Made by a program: the position numbers and the translations under genes. Shown piece after piece: positions 18,370-27,050 of a stretch of DNA of 54,965 bases. The notes beneath the pieces are model-generated. The model did not search any database and was not told the origin of the DNA. It saw only the letters and a list, made by a program, of their open reading frames with translations. How positions within the stretch are numbered: position 1 is the stretch's first letter; each line of letters begins with the position of its first letter. The stretch is taken from IMG/VR virus record IMGVR_UViG_3300042691_036107. One strand, 5' to 3'. The stretch comes from an uncultured virus (IMG/VR IMGVR_UViG_3300042691_036107). Its lineage: Duplodnaviria > Heunggongvirae > Uroviricota > Caudoviricetes.

Positions 18370-19011
18370 ATGATCGACGCCAAGACCCTTCAGGTCCTTC
18401 GCCGTGCCGTCCTGACGCGCCTGCGCGGTGTTCCAGGCGTGCAGGCAGAAGACATCGAAGATGTCCTCGCAGGCGCGGTAGAGGCCTTCCTGACGCAGCC
18501 CGGCCTATCGGCCGGAGCAGCAGCTACGCTCGCGATCAGGGCCTTCAGGAAGGCCCGGCGTGAGGACGTGGCAGATCTCGACGTAGTTCGAGACGGAGAA
18601 GCAGATCAAGGACCGCGTGTTGAACGCGCTGCAGCCCCTGAACCAGAAGCACAGCGCGAACTTCGCGCGCAGCAGATCAGCCTTGTTCGGCTGAAGCAGC
18701 TCTACCAGGATCCACGTACGCCTGATGGGACCGCCGCGCGTATCGGCGTGTTTCTGCTCCATGCAGGAGAACCGGTTCTGCCGAGCCTGCCTCGTCACTT
18801 CTATGGCGCCACTACCAGCCTCGCGTTCAAGGACCTGCGCCGGTTTCATGGCAAGGGGCAGGGCGGTGCAGGCTGCCCAACCTGCCGAAAGCTGGCTCGA
18901 ACAGTTTCCGGGGCCTTCCGCGTGAGCCCTGATGACATCGGGCTGATCGTCGATGAGTACGTCCAGCTCCTCTCCGCGGAGCACGGGGCGCAGAAGAAGG
19001 AGGCACCATGA
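18370..19011 (+). CDS. Putative ECF sigma-like/transcription factor
   Basis: AEDIEDVLAGAVEAF...LAIRAFRKARR resembles sigma region 2; CPTC. Confidence 0.45.
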   Translation: MIDAKTLQVLRRAVLTRLRGVPGVQAEDIEDVLAGAVEAFLTQPGLSAGAAATLAIRAFRKARREDVADLDVVRDGEADQGPRVERAAAPEPEAQRELRAQQISLVRLKQLYQDPRTPDGTAARIGVFLLHAGEPVLPSLPRHFYGATTSLAFKDLRRFHGKGQGGAGCPTCRKLARTVSGAFRVSPDDIGLIVDEYVQLLSAEHGAQKKEAP

Positions 19012-19802
19012 AACTGACAACCGCGAAGCAGATCATCCAGACCTTCGAGACAGGCAAGCCCGCAGGGACTGGAAGCACAGGCGCGCGGACCATCTTGAGC
19101 GACGGTGCTGGACTCAGCTACGGCAGCCACCAGAGCACCGATCGCTCAGACAGCTCAGACGCAATCGTGGACGAATACATCAAGCTCAGCGGGCTGCACG
19201 CGTCCCTTCTGACGACACCGATCCCGTCGTCGGGCAAGTCGGTCCAACAACACCTGCACGATGACGACACTACACAGTTCCGTGGCACGACAGGCCTTCC
19301 TGCTTGGGCACAGGAACTTCTTGACCGGCTCGGTGTCGCCAGCTCCGATCCGGTGATGGCCGACGCACAGGAGCGGGTGTTTGAACGACTCTATTTCGGT
19401 CCGGCTATCGATCTGGCGACGAGCTTGAAACTCGTCGAGCCGCTGTCTCATCTGCTGCTCATGGACACCTGCATCCAGAGCGGTTTCGGGGGCATCGCCA
19501 CGATTCGCGCCGCCTTCCCGGCTCTTCCGCCTTCACGCGGCGGAGCTGAGCAAATCTGGAGCAAGCAATACGCCGAAGCCCGCTTCGATTGGCTTGCTCG
19601 CTTCAGCGGCAAGTCGTCGGAGCACACGGCGCTCGTACGCTCGACGCGGTATCGCCCAGCGGCGATGCTCGATCTGATCGACCGCGACTTGTGGGCGCTG
19701 CCTGCCGGACTGCTGTTGAAGATGCCGGCTCGTGGACAGGCCTACGATGACAAGGCGCGCCGCTTCACGGGCACGCCTTCGACCGTCAGGATCCCAGGCT
19801 GA
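19008..19802 (+). CDS. GH46 chitosanase/lysozyme-like protein, putative endolysin
   Basis: FETG, DGAGLSYGSHQ, DPVMADAQ...YFGPA, DTCIQSG. Confidence 0.75.
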   Translation: MKLTTAKQIIQTFETGKPAGTGSTGARTILSDGAGLSYGSHQSTDRSDSSDAIVDEYIKLSGLHASLLTTPIPSSGKSVQQHLHDDDTTQFRGTTGLPAWAQELLDRLGVASSDPVMADAQERVFERLYFGPAIDLATSLKLVEPLSHLLLMDTCIQSGFGGIATIRAAFPALPPSRGGAEQIWSKQYAEARFDWLARFSGKSSEHTALVRSTRYRPAAMLDLIDRDLWALPAGLLLKMPARGQAYDDKARRFTGTPSTVRIPG

Positions 19803-19962
19803 CGCTCGGTTGTGCAGTGTCGAAGTGCGTCGGCTCATCGCCGCATTCGACGTACACGATCTGCCGTTCCCACAGGAACATGAAGTAGACAACAGCGCCG
19901 CAGGCGAGACCTGCGACGCTGGTGATCAAGAGCGGAAAGTATCGGCGCAAGGCTGTTCTCAC
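19786..19962 (-). CDS. Small membrane protein
   Basis: TM stretch LLITSVAGLACGAVVYFMFLW; start uncertain. Confidence 0.4.
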   Translation of the reverse strand: MRTALRRYFPLLITSVAGLACGAVVYFMFLWERQIVYVECGDEPTHFDTAQPSVSLGS

Positions 19963-19966
19963 CCGC

Positions 19967-20647
19967 TCAGATACGGTCGAGCTTGACAGGAACGAGGCTG
20001 TACGACTGGTTCTGACCCGTCTCCTTGATCCAGCACCCGTAATTGCCGCTGGTGTTCTCTGCCGCATCACCCTTCACGTACATCTGCAAGAACTGCTTCG
20101 AGCCGCCGAACGGCTTGCCGACGACGCAGAACGTGTGCGCCCAGTTCGTGTTGGACGAGTTCCGCATCACCATGCTCTCTTCGACATACGTCTTGTTGCT
20201 GGGCAACTCTTGCGAATCCCAGAACTCGATGCCCGAAGCGAGATCGACATCCCAGCCAGAGCTGAAACTCGACCATGTGAGGTTGGTGTAGAGACTCGTG
20301 TCCGAACTCTGTGACAACGTGACGGTCACGTTGTACGTGTCGCCGTTGTACGTGTCGGAACACGTCGCGCTCGACGGAACCGAAGTCGGAAAGCCAGAAA
20401 CCGTCGAGTGAAAGACGAGTACGATGTTGTGATCGACCAGTTTGCACTTCAAGTACGACCACGAAGAAGTGACGCTCCGATCGGAGATCGGCTGATACTG
20501 AGTCTTGATCGTACCAACGTTCTTTGCTTGCCCGATGTCTGCGGTCCACCCGGAAATGGGCGCAGCCGGAACTTCAAACGTCGTGGACAGGCTGTACGTA
20601 GCGCCGAACGCGACGTTCAGCACGAAGAGCAGAATCATGTGAATCAT
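19967..20647 (-). CDS. Secreted Ser/Thr-rich beta protein
   Basis: Signal peptide MIHMILLFVLNVAFGA; four Cys. Confidence 0.75.
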   Translation of the reverse strand: MIHMILLFVLNVAFGATYSLSTTFEVPAAPISGWTADIGQAKNVGTIKTQYQPISDRSVTSSWSYLKCKLVDHNIVLVFHSTVSGFPTSVPSSATCSDTYNGDTYNVTVTLSQSSDTSLYTNLTWSSFSSGWDVDLASGIEFWDSQELPSNKTYVEESMVMRNSSNTNWAHTFCVVGKPFGGSKQFLQMYVKGDAAENTSGNYGCWIKETGQNQSYSLVPVKLDRI

Positions 20648-20685
20648 GGTGTTTCCCGTGAGCTGAATAGCCGTCTAGAACTGAA

Positions 20686-21069
20686 TCAGTTGGATTGGTC
20701 GGCCAGAATGGTAGGCGCCCATGAGCCGTTGTTCTGGCAGGTGCACTTGCACTTGGAGACGCAGTGTCCGTTCGCGTCAGGGACAGCCGCTGTCATGCCG
20801 CCTGTACACTCCGCGGTCTCTCCGGCCTGACAAGTCGTGTCTTTACACGTCAAATCCACCTCGTAGGTGATGCACTTTCCGGTTGGCGGAAGAGGATTGA
20901 ACCCACCCCCATCGCACGCGATGAGGGCCGCGGTGCCGCAAAAGCCAGAGATCAAGAACACAATCAAGTGCAGTTGCACCTTGGTCAGCCTCAGCATGAG
21001 ATCCCTCGGGGGTTTCAGTCTGGGCGCAGTGTATCTTCTACGCCCAGTCATGCGTGCGAGGACGGTCAA
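20686..21069 (-). CDS. Cys-rich secreted protein/lipoprotein
   Basis: Hydrophobic stretch ending ALIAC, then multiple Cys; start uncertain. Confidence 0.6.
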   Translation of the reverse strand: MTVLARMTGRRRYTAPRLKPPRDLMLRLTKVQLHLIVFLISGFCGTAALIACDGGGFNPLPPTGKCITYEVDLTCKDTTCQAGETAECTGGMTAAVPDANGHCVSKCKCTCQNNGSWAPTILADQSN

Positions 21070-21081
21070 GATCGAGTGCTG

Positions 21082-21294
21082 TCAGCCGAGGCGGTAGAGC
21101 AGTTCAGGTCGCCCTCGACTGCGCTTGTGCTTCGACCGAGCAACAACCAAGATCCCGAGTTCCACCAGCCGAACAACTTCCCGTCGTACGCTTGGAACCG
21201 GGCGCTGGGCCAAGCTCGCGATCTCGAACGCAGAGAGAGTGTCGACGGTCTTGGAATCGAACGCGCGCAGGATGTCTTCATAGACCGTAGTCAC
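21082..21294 (-). CDS. Winged-HTH DNA-binding protein
   Basis: SAFEIASLAQRPVPSVRREVVRLVELG...GRPELLYRL. Confidence 0.7.
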   Translation of the reverse strand: MTTVYEDILRAFDSKTVDTLSAFEIASLAQRPVPSVRREVVRLVELGILVVARSKHKRSRGRPELLYRLG

Positions 21295-21563
21295 TTCGCC
21301 GCGATCCTCGCCAGCTCCTCTCGACGCTCTTCCAGCTCGACGAGCAGCGGACGCAACCAACCCCAGGTCTTGTCATCCATCGCGATCACGTTCCAAGGGT
21401 TGACCTGCGCCCCTCGGACTTCTTTCTCGACGGCTGCACGTACACCGCCGCTCACCGACATCAAGCGAAGACCGAAGCCTTGAAGTAGCTCGGCGTCTTC
21501 GTTGTAGACCTGCTGAAACGACTCCCGCCCCTGAGAAAGCGCGATACGATACCTGTTGCTCAT
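21291..21563 (-). CDS. Hypothetical protein
   Basis: GGAGG RBS, ATG. Confidence 0.7.
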   Translation of the reverse strand: MSNRYRIALSQGRESFQQVYNEDAELLQGFGLRLMSVSGGVRAAVEKEVRGAQVNPWNVIAMDDKTWGWLRPLLVELEERREELARIAAK

Positions 21564-21584
21564 GGCCTCTGACCTCCCGACAGC

Positions 21585-21635
21585 TTGACAAGCGCCATGT
21601 GTTAGGCATACCAAGTACCCGTGTCACTTGTCAAT
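21585..21635. promoter_or_regulatory. Overlapping divergent promoters (TTGACAAG on both strands)
   Basis: TTGACAAG on + at ~21585 and on - at ~21634, in AT-richer intergenic DNA between divergent genes. Confidence 0.5.
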
Positions 21636-21657
21636 AGCCTACAGAGGTTTGTGAACC

Positions 21658-22236
21658 ATGTCGGATGAAGCTCTGCTCTCTCGTTACCTCAAGGTCAAGG
21701 CGCTGGTGGAGCGCGGCGTCCCTGGAGAGCAGAAGGCAGCCCGTGTGGTTCTTGACAAGATGGAGTCGGAGCACCCTGGCATCCGCGTTCAAGCCGAGCG
21801 CTTCCGGCGCAAGAAGGAAGCTGAAGCTCAAGAAGCGAGCGCGCCGCACCCACAGCCCAAGTCGAAGCCCAAACGGGAAGCACCGCCTGGTGTCTGGTAC
21901 AAAGACGAGGAAGACGAGCCTAAGCCTTGGGAAGCCCGTGGCGAACAGCGCGGGGGCAACTGGGAGAACCTCTTCCAGAACGCTTGGTCCGCAGCGAAGA
22001 CGGCGTACGGCTTCGCTGAGACGATCTCGAACGCCATCGCGGGAAGAGACTTGGCGGAAGAGTTGCAGATCGGATCCCGCATGACCAACAGCGGACACAT
22101 CTCGATCTCGCTCAAGCTCCCGCTCGCAGCCTACCAGCAGGTCCTTGGGCTGAACGCCATCCAGAGAGCTGCCTTCCGTCAAGCCCTTCACGAGAAGCTC
22201 GACGTACATCTTGATCGGCTGTTCGGTGACAGCTAG
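21658..22236 (+). CDS. Hypothetical protein (DUF2786-like N-terminus)
   Basis: GAGG RBS; KVKALVERGVPGEQKAA. Confidence 0.65.
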   Translation: MSDEALLSRYLKVKALVERGVPGEQKAARVVLDKMESEHPGIRVQAERFRRKKEAEAQEASAPHPQPKSKPKREAPPGVWYKDEEDEPKPWEARGEQRGGNWENLFQNAWSAAKTAYGFAETISNAIAGRDLAEELQIGSRMTNSGHISISLKLPLAAYQQVLGLNAIQRAAFRQALHEKLDVHLDRLFGDS

Positions 22237-22415
22237 GCCGGCACCTTCATCTCTCGCTTCTTCGGCAGCACGTAGACCCACTCGATCTCGCCCAAACGCA
22301 GGGTCGTCAAGCGCGCCGTGAGCATCGGAGTCTCGCTCGCCGAATTGAGCCGGTCGTGCAACGCTTGGGGGTCAGCAGCTTGAGCAGCCGCCTTCAGCCG
22401 ATCAAGGGCGGACAT
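22233..22415 (-). CDS. Small hypothetical protein
   Basis: AAGGAG RBS, ATG. Confidence 0.55.
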   Translation of the reverse strand: MSALDRLKAAAQAADPQALHDRLNSASETPMLTARLTTLRLGEIEWVYVLPKKREMKVPA

Positions 22416-22833
22416 CTTCGACTCCTTCGCGTACGGGCGCCGGAAGTGGCGCCTGGAACTTGGTGGCCATGTACGCGACACCCAGGAACTGCAGGACCGC
22501 CATGACCACACCGGTCAACAGCAGTTGCGTCGCTGGGGTCTCCCACACCCGATCGAACCAGCGCTCAGAACGGCGTCCTGCGTCGCGCAGGATCTTGTTC
22601 CGTTCCTTCTCACCTGTGGCTCGATCCTCTTCTGCCTTCGCGATCCGGTCGAGCGCCTGGGCAGCCAGGTTCGTGACATCGCCTGAACGCCGGACCTCTG
22701 AAATCAGGTTGTCGACAGATTTCTCGACGATCACGATACGCCCGCTCAACTGTTCCATGTTGAGCGTAACCTCGCGCATCCACGTACTCGTAGGGTCTTC
22801 TGCCGCAACGGGCGTACGTTCGCGCGCAGGCAT
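22402..22833 (-). CDS. Coiled-coil protein with C-terminal TM (holin-like?)
   Basis: GGAGG RBS; heptad region and LLLTGVVMAVLQFLGVAYM. Confidence 0.65.
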   Translation of the reverse strand: MPARERTPVAAEDPTSTWMREVTLNMEQLSGRIVIVEKSVDNLISEVRRSGDVTNLAAQALDRIAKAEEDRATGEKERNKILRDAGRRSERWFDRVWETPATQLLLTGVVMAVLQFLGVAYMATKFQAPLPAPVREGVEDVRP

Positions 22834-22957
22834 TCACCCCTCCGACCGGAACAGCTCTTGAAAAGCATAGCGCGACCTGCTTCAGATGCAGACCACGTGC
22901 AGGTTATACGAGTGCTACGTCTCTTGAGGCTTGCCCCTGGCAGCAGGAACAACCTCG

Positions 22958-23000
22958 AAAACAGAGACGCCCCGCGCAACACGAAGCTGCGTGGGGCGTC
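22958..23000 (-). terminator. Rho-independent terminator
   Basis: Minus strand GACGCCCCACGCA...TGCGCGGGGCGTC followed by TCTGTTTT, downstream of the 23038 gene. Confidence 0.7.
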
Positions 23001-23037
23001 GGGTCAAGGCTACTCACCCTGACGAGCTACCAGAGAA

Positions 23038-23403
23038 CTAGGTCAGCGCCGTCGAGTCGGCCACGGCCGGCAGGAACGTGACGCACGCGATGCAGATGGT
23101 CGAAGCCACGGCGTCGCCGGCGCAGACGAAGCGCAGGGTGTCACCGGCCGAGAACGAGATGTTCGCGTCATTGATCGTGGCCGCCCGGTCGACGGTCGTG
23201 TCGACCGCGCAGGTCATCGCATCGGTGATCGCCGAGGCGCCCTTGTTGACGGTGACGGTGCCGTTCGTCGAAGCGCCGGTCGCGATGACCCACGCGTCGA
23301 CCACGGAGCCCGCACGGGAGACCGCGTAGTCTTCCGCGGCGGAGCCGGTGGTGATGTCGGCCCGGATGATGAGAGCGTTCTGAATGCCAGCGGTGCCCGC
23401 CAT
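23038..23403 (-). CDS. Putative abundant virion protein (121 aa, beta-rich; cement/penton-like)
   Basis: GGAG RBS, strong GC3 codon bias, own terminator, Ala/Thr/Val-rich strands. Confidence 0.7.
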   Translation of the reverse strand: MAGTAGIQNALIIRADITTGSAAEDYAVSRAGSVVDAWVIATGASTNGTVTVNKGASAITDAMTCAVDTTVDRAATINDANISFSAGDTLRFVCAGDAVASTICIACVTFLPAVADSTALT

Positions 23404-23489
23404 GATGAACTCCAAGAAGAAGAGAGGTGTCGGTTCTGTTCTACACCACTCGCTTCACGTGGGGCCAGATCACTGTTTCGATCTGAGTG

Positions 23490-23858
23490 CTACACCGCAA
23501 GCGCAATCAGAGGCAGGCAACGGCGACACTTGGGCGGATCTTGCGAAGTTACGACGTTCGCCGCCGATTCATGCAAGGTAATGCCGCACCTGACACAGCG
23601 CAAGCCTTCACCTGCTGCGAACTCCTTGCCCGTGTCGATGCACCAGCCGCCTTCAAACGCGAAGCCGATCTTCTGCCACTTCTCGGTATCGAGGTTGTCG
23701 AGGCGAACGACCAACCACTCCAACGGAAACGGAATCGTCTTCTTGCCCGTGTTCCCAACGGGCCAGATGTTCTGGCCCGCCTTGAACATGCGATACCGCG
23801 CTCGCCACCCGGGCATCGGACGAAGGAACGCCCACCACTTCCGGAAGAAGGCCCTCAC
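23490..23858 (-). CDS. Zinc-finger-containing protein
   Basis: GTGA overlap; CVRC...CRRC. Confidence 0.55.
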   Translation of the reverse strand: MRAFFRKWWAFLRPMPGWRARYRMFKAGQNIWPVGNTGKKTIPFPLEWLVVRLDNLDTEKWQKIGFAFEGGWCIDTGKEFAAGEGLRCVRCGITLHESAANVVTSQDPPKCRRCLPLIALAV

Positions 23859-24076
23859 TCCTGCACCTCGACGGCTTCGGCCTTCTCGATGGCTTCCAGC
23901 GCCGCTTCGACAGCCTCCGTCGCGGCAGGCGAAGCCTCCACAGGGCACGTGCACGGCGGGCACGCCGAGATCGGGATCAAGATCTCCTCGACGGGCTGGG
24001 CCTTCGAGATGCCGGCCACCGTCAACGCGACGAAGAAGGCGCAGAGCACAGCACTGATGATCACCGGTTCACGCAT
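23855..24076 (-). CDS. Small membrane/secreted protein
   Basis: Hydrophobic N-terminus, CPPCTCP. Confidence 0.6.
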   Translation of the reverse strand: MREPVIISAVLCAFFVALTVAGISKAQPVEEILIPISACPPCTCPVEASPAATEAVEAALEAIEKAEAVEVQE

Positions 24077-24079
24077 GGC

Positions 24080-24316
24080 TCACTTCCCCGAGCAGTAGTC
24101 AAGCGCGTCCTTACAGGCGTCCTTTGCTTCTGTCAACAGCTCCAATCGAGCTTCGGCAGCAGCCAACTTCTTTTCGACTTCACGGAGCTGTGTCAGGTAC
24201 TCCTGGGCTTCCGGCGTTGTGAAGGAAACAACGCCGACACCAGCTCCCGCAGCCAGGCCGAACGCGGTGATCAGCGTGCCGATGACCTTCGGGTCATACA
24301 AGTCCAGCTTCTTCAT
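24080..24316 (-). CDS. TM plus coiled-coil protein (spanin-like?)
   Basis: N-terminal TM, heptad repeat, C-terminal Cys pair. Confidence 0.55.
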   Translation of the reverse strand: MKKLDLYDPKVIGTLITAFGLAAGAGVGVVSFTTPEAQEYLTQLREVEKKLAAAEARLELLTEAKDACKDALDYCSGK

Positions 24317-24318
24317 GG

Positions 24319-24708
24319 TCAACCCCCCAGGCGTCGTCCTTGCGGCTTTCGTCGCCCTTGCATCTGCGCCCGGGACAAGCGCACGCCCTGCCAGGACCCC
24401 ATTGTATCGCCTGAAAGTGCAGGGATGACAACATCAGCCGTCATGAACGCTTCACCATCGAAGCGCGCTTGCACAAGAACAGCCGTAGTCAGCGGACCGA
24501 CGAGAACGACCTGTGTCGCAATGCCCGCAAGAAAGCCACGATTATCCGCATCTGTTGCGGCAACACCCAACTGAGTGGTCCCGAGCAACCCTCGGTTGTC
24601 TGCGTCCGTAGCAGCAACACCAAGTTGTGTACTGCCCAGCGCACCCTGGTCTGCGATGGATGCCGCAGACTGAGCTTGTACGCCGCCGAGAGTGCCGTCG
24701 TTCGCCAT
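24319..24708 (-). CDS. Structural protein with ~18-aa tandem repeats
   Basis: TQLGVAATDADNRG repeated twice plus degenerate copies. Confidence 0.65.
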   Translation of the reverse strand: MANDGTLGGVQAQSAASIADQGALGSTQLGVAATDADNRGLLGTTQLGVAATDADNRGFLAGIATQVVLVGPLTTAVLVQARFDGEAFMTADVVIPALSGDTMGSWQGVRLSRAQMQGRRKPQGRRLGG

Positions 24709-24714
24709 GACGGA

Positions 24715-24987
24715 CTATGGCCCTTCACCGGACGACGGCGCCCGCCCGAAGATCGTCTCAAATTCAGCCTTGAAATTAGCCGAATCGAGAGGTTGCCAGT
24801 CACGAATACCTGAGATTGCCTCGGGCGTTCGGACCAACGCCCACGGGATGTCCATCCACTTCGGGACGTGGGCGATCATGCCCGGCAGAAACAGCGGTGT
24901 ACCCCGAGACACGACTTGGATGGACTTCGAGCCATCCTCGTTCGCAACCTCAGCGATCGGCGCCTTCCACCACTTGTGCCCCGTCAT
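24715..24987 (-). CDS. Hypothetical protein
   Basis: GAGGAG RBS, operon packing. Confidence 0.55.
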   Translation of the reverse strand: MTGHKWWKAPIAEVANEDGSKSIQVVSRGTPLFLPGMIAHVPKWMDIPWALVRTPEAISGIRDWQPLDSANFKAEFETIFGRAPSSGEGP

Positions 24988-24999
24988 CGTCTCATCTCC

Positions 25000-26016
25000 T
25001 CAGAACTTGATCCCGATTTTGGCCGCATCGATGCCAGCCGCAACCCAAGCCGCAGCCGTAGCTGGATCTGTGTTGTAGTATGTGTCGATAGCGACGTAGC
25101 TACCTGCAGATCCAAGTCCTGTAGCAGAACCGAGACTTGTAACACCACCCGACTTGCACACGCCTTGTGCCGACACGATCGTACCTTCCCGCGCAGCGAA
25201 GCTAGCGACCTTTGCTCCGAGAATCAACGTCGGCGTCCATGGAAGTGCCGCGCAGTCGTACGTGTCCTGCTGGCCGGACGTGAAGATGTTGTAGTCAGTG
25301 CTGCTGAACGGCAGATCATCTACGTTCGTGTAGGTTCCTGCCCCACCACCGCTCGACGTAGATTGGATGACATCGTTGCCGTTCGGTGCCAAGCCGAGGC
25401 AGAAGACCTCATTGGGGCGTCCCTCTGCGTTCGTCGTCACGATCACGTCATCGTAAGCATTGTCGTTGGTGTTCGAGTAGCTGAAGGCCACAGAGTCCCA
25501 TCCATCTGTCGTAGTACTGTTCCGCGTGTCTCCTGCGAAGCTCACGAACGCCGTAGCCGAACCGTTCACATAAACGTTGCAGGCGCCGGCTGCGTCTTGA
25601 GCCAACAACTCGATTTCAAGCCAAGTACCAAGCATCGTAGTAGGAAGTGTCGCGGTACTTGTAGCCACCACCGATCCCCCTCGGCTCAACTGAATGAACC
25701 GAGTGGACAAGACGCTTACCGAAAATTGTACAGATCCGGCGATCAAGAACGTAGCTGTCACTGTACTGGCGTTGTCCGACGACTGGTAGAACCAGAAACC
25801 CAGCCAGCGCCCTGTCGTACCGAATGAAGGCGAGTAGAGCGTCCCGTTGTTCGCTGAGTCCAGCAAAATGCCGTAACTACCTCCTCTCGACTGCGAATCG
25901 AGGTGGCGGTACGTAGCTGTCGTCGAGACGATAGGCGTACTGGTCGTGACAGTCCAACCCCGAGCGAGACTGGTCGCCCAAGACCCGTTCTCGAAACCAT
26001 CGAAAAAGATAGGCAT
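25000..26016 (-). CDS. Putative spike/receptor-binding protein, paralog 3
   Basis: MPIFFDGFE start; lectin-like beta-sandwich pattern (GDTRN, YDDVIV); DPATAAAW C-terminus. Confidence 0.8.
   Translation of the reverse strand: MPIFFDGFENGSWATSLARGWTVTTSTPIVSTTATYRHLDSQSRGGSYGILLDSANNGTLYSPSFGTTGRWLGFWFYQSSDNASTVTATFLIAGSVQFSVSVLSTRFIQLSRGGSVVATSTATLPTTMLGTWLEIELLAQDAAGACNVYVNGSATAFVSFAGDTRNSTTTDGWDSVAFSYSNTNDNAYDDVIVTTNAEGRPNEVFCLGLAPNGNDVIQSTSSGGGAGTYTNVDDLPFSSTDYNIFTSGQQDTYDCAALPWTPTLILGAKVASFAAREGTIVSAQGVCKSGGVTSLGSATGLGSAGSYVAIDTYYNTDPATAAAWVAAGIDAAKIGIKF
25402..25455. repeat. 54-bp exact direct repeat, copy 1
   Basis: Identical to 26421-26474. Confidence 0.9.
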
Positions 26017-27050
26017 TAGCTGAACCTCGCGCCGATCAAGACAGCGTTGACTCCCGCGAAAGTCCAAGCTGCACCGGTGTTCGGGTCCGTGTTGTAGATG
26101 GTGTCATTGCTGGCAAAGACACCTGCAGCGGCCGGGACATACGCTGTTGCTGTAGTGGTGACTGCGCCAGAGACAAGAATGCTTTGAACGGCGACAATCG
26201 TACCTTCACGTTCCGCAAAAGGCCGGACCTTGACAGCCAAAACCGCAGTCGGGATGTACGGGAGCAGCGTCGTGGTGTAGATGTCTTGCTGCCCCGAAGT
26301 GAAGATGTTGTAATCGGCCGTCGCGAACGGTACTTCATCCACGTTGGCGAACGTTCCGGCTCCACCTCCGCTCGAAGTAGACTGAATTGCATCGTTGCCG
26401 TTCGGGGATTGACTCACGATGAAGACCTCATTGGGGCGTCCCTCTGCGTTCGTCGTCACGATCACGTCATCGTACGTCGTCGTCGCGGCTGCCGGTGTCT
26501 GGCCGAACGAGAACCCGTCCCATCCGTCACTAGACAGGTTTGCTGTATCTCCTGCGAAGCTGACAGCCGCAACGCCGGACCCGCTGATGTAGACAGCGCA
26601 TGAACCGCCCGCACTCGCTGCAAGCAGTTCGACTTCCATCCATACGCCTGTAAGGAGTGTCGCGAGAGCCGCCGCACTCGTCGCTAGGATGGTTCCGGCT
26701 GAACCACCACGACGAAGCACGATGTTGCGCGACGTGTTGATCTGCACGGTGAACTGATCGGAAGCAGCGAGAGTGAACGTGAAGAAGAGGTCGGTCAACG
26801 TGTCCGAAGAACCTCGGAAGTAGACCCCAAACCAGCGCCCGGTTGTCACGTTCATCGGTGAATAGATGCGTTGTACGCCTACACCAGCCACAGCATGGGC
26901 AAGAGCATACGATCCACCACGCCCTGACGCGTCCAAGTGACGATTGGCCGTGACCTGCGTTGTCGTTGAAGTCGTCGAGTTCACCGTCCAACCCTGAGTC
27001 CGGAGCTGAGACGCTGTGTCGTTCTCGAAACCTTCAAAGAAGAGAGGCAT
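26016..27050 (-). CDS. Putative spike/receptor-binding protein, paralog 2
   Basis: MPLFFEGFE; same motifs; TAATG coupling. Confidence 0.8.
   Translation of the reverse strand: MPLFFEGFENDTASQLRTQGWTVNSTTSTTTQVTANRHLDASGRGGSYALAHAVAGVGVQRIYSPMNVTTGRWFGVYFRGSSDTLTDLFFTFTLAASDQFTVQINTSRNIVLRRGGSAGTILATSAAALATLLTGVWMEVELLAASAGGSCAVYISGSGVAAVSFAGDTANLSSDGWDGFSFGQTPAAATTTYDDVIVTTNAEGRPNEVFIVSQSPNGNDAIQSTSSGGGAGTFANVDEVPFATADYNIFTSGQQDIYTTTLLPYIPTAVLAVKVRPFAEREGTIVAVQSILVSGAVTTTATAYVPAAAGVFASNDTIYNTDPNTGAAWTFAGVNAVLIGARFS
26421..26474. repeat. 54-bp exact direct repeat, copy 2
   Basis: Identical to 25402-25455. Confidence 0.9.

Noticed and set aside
25402..26474. 54-bp repeats as DGR template/variable repeats or att sites
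   Set aside because: The copies are identical (no adenine-specific changes), there is no reverse transcriptase, and both lie at equivalent positions of paralogous genes.
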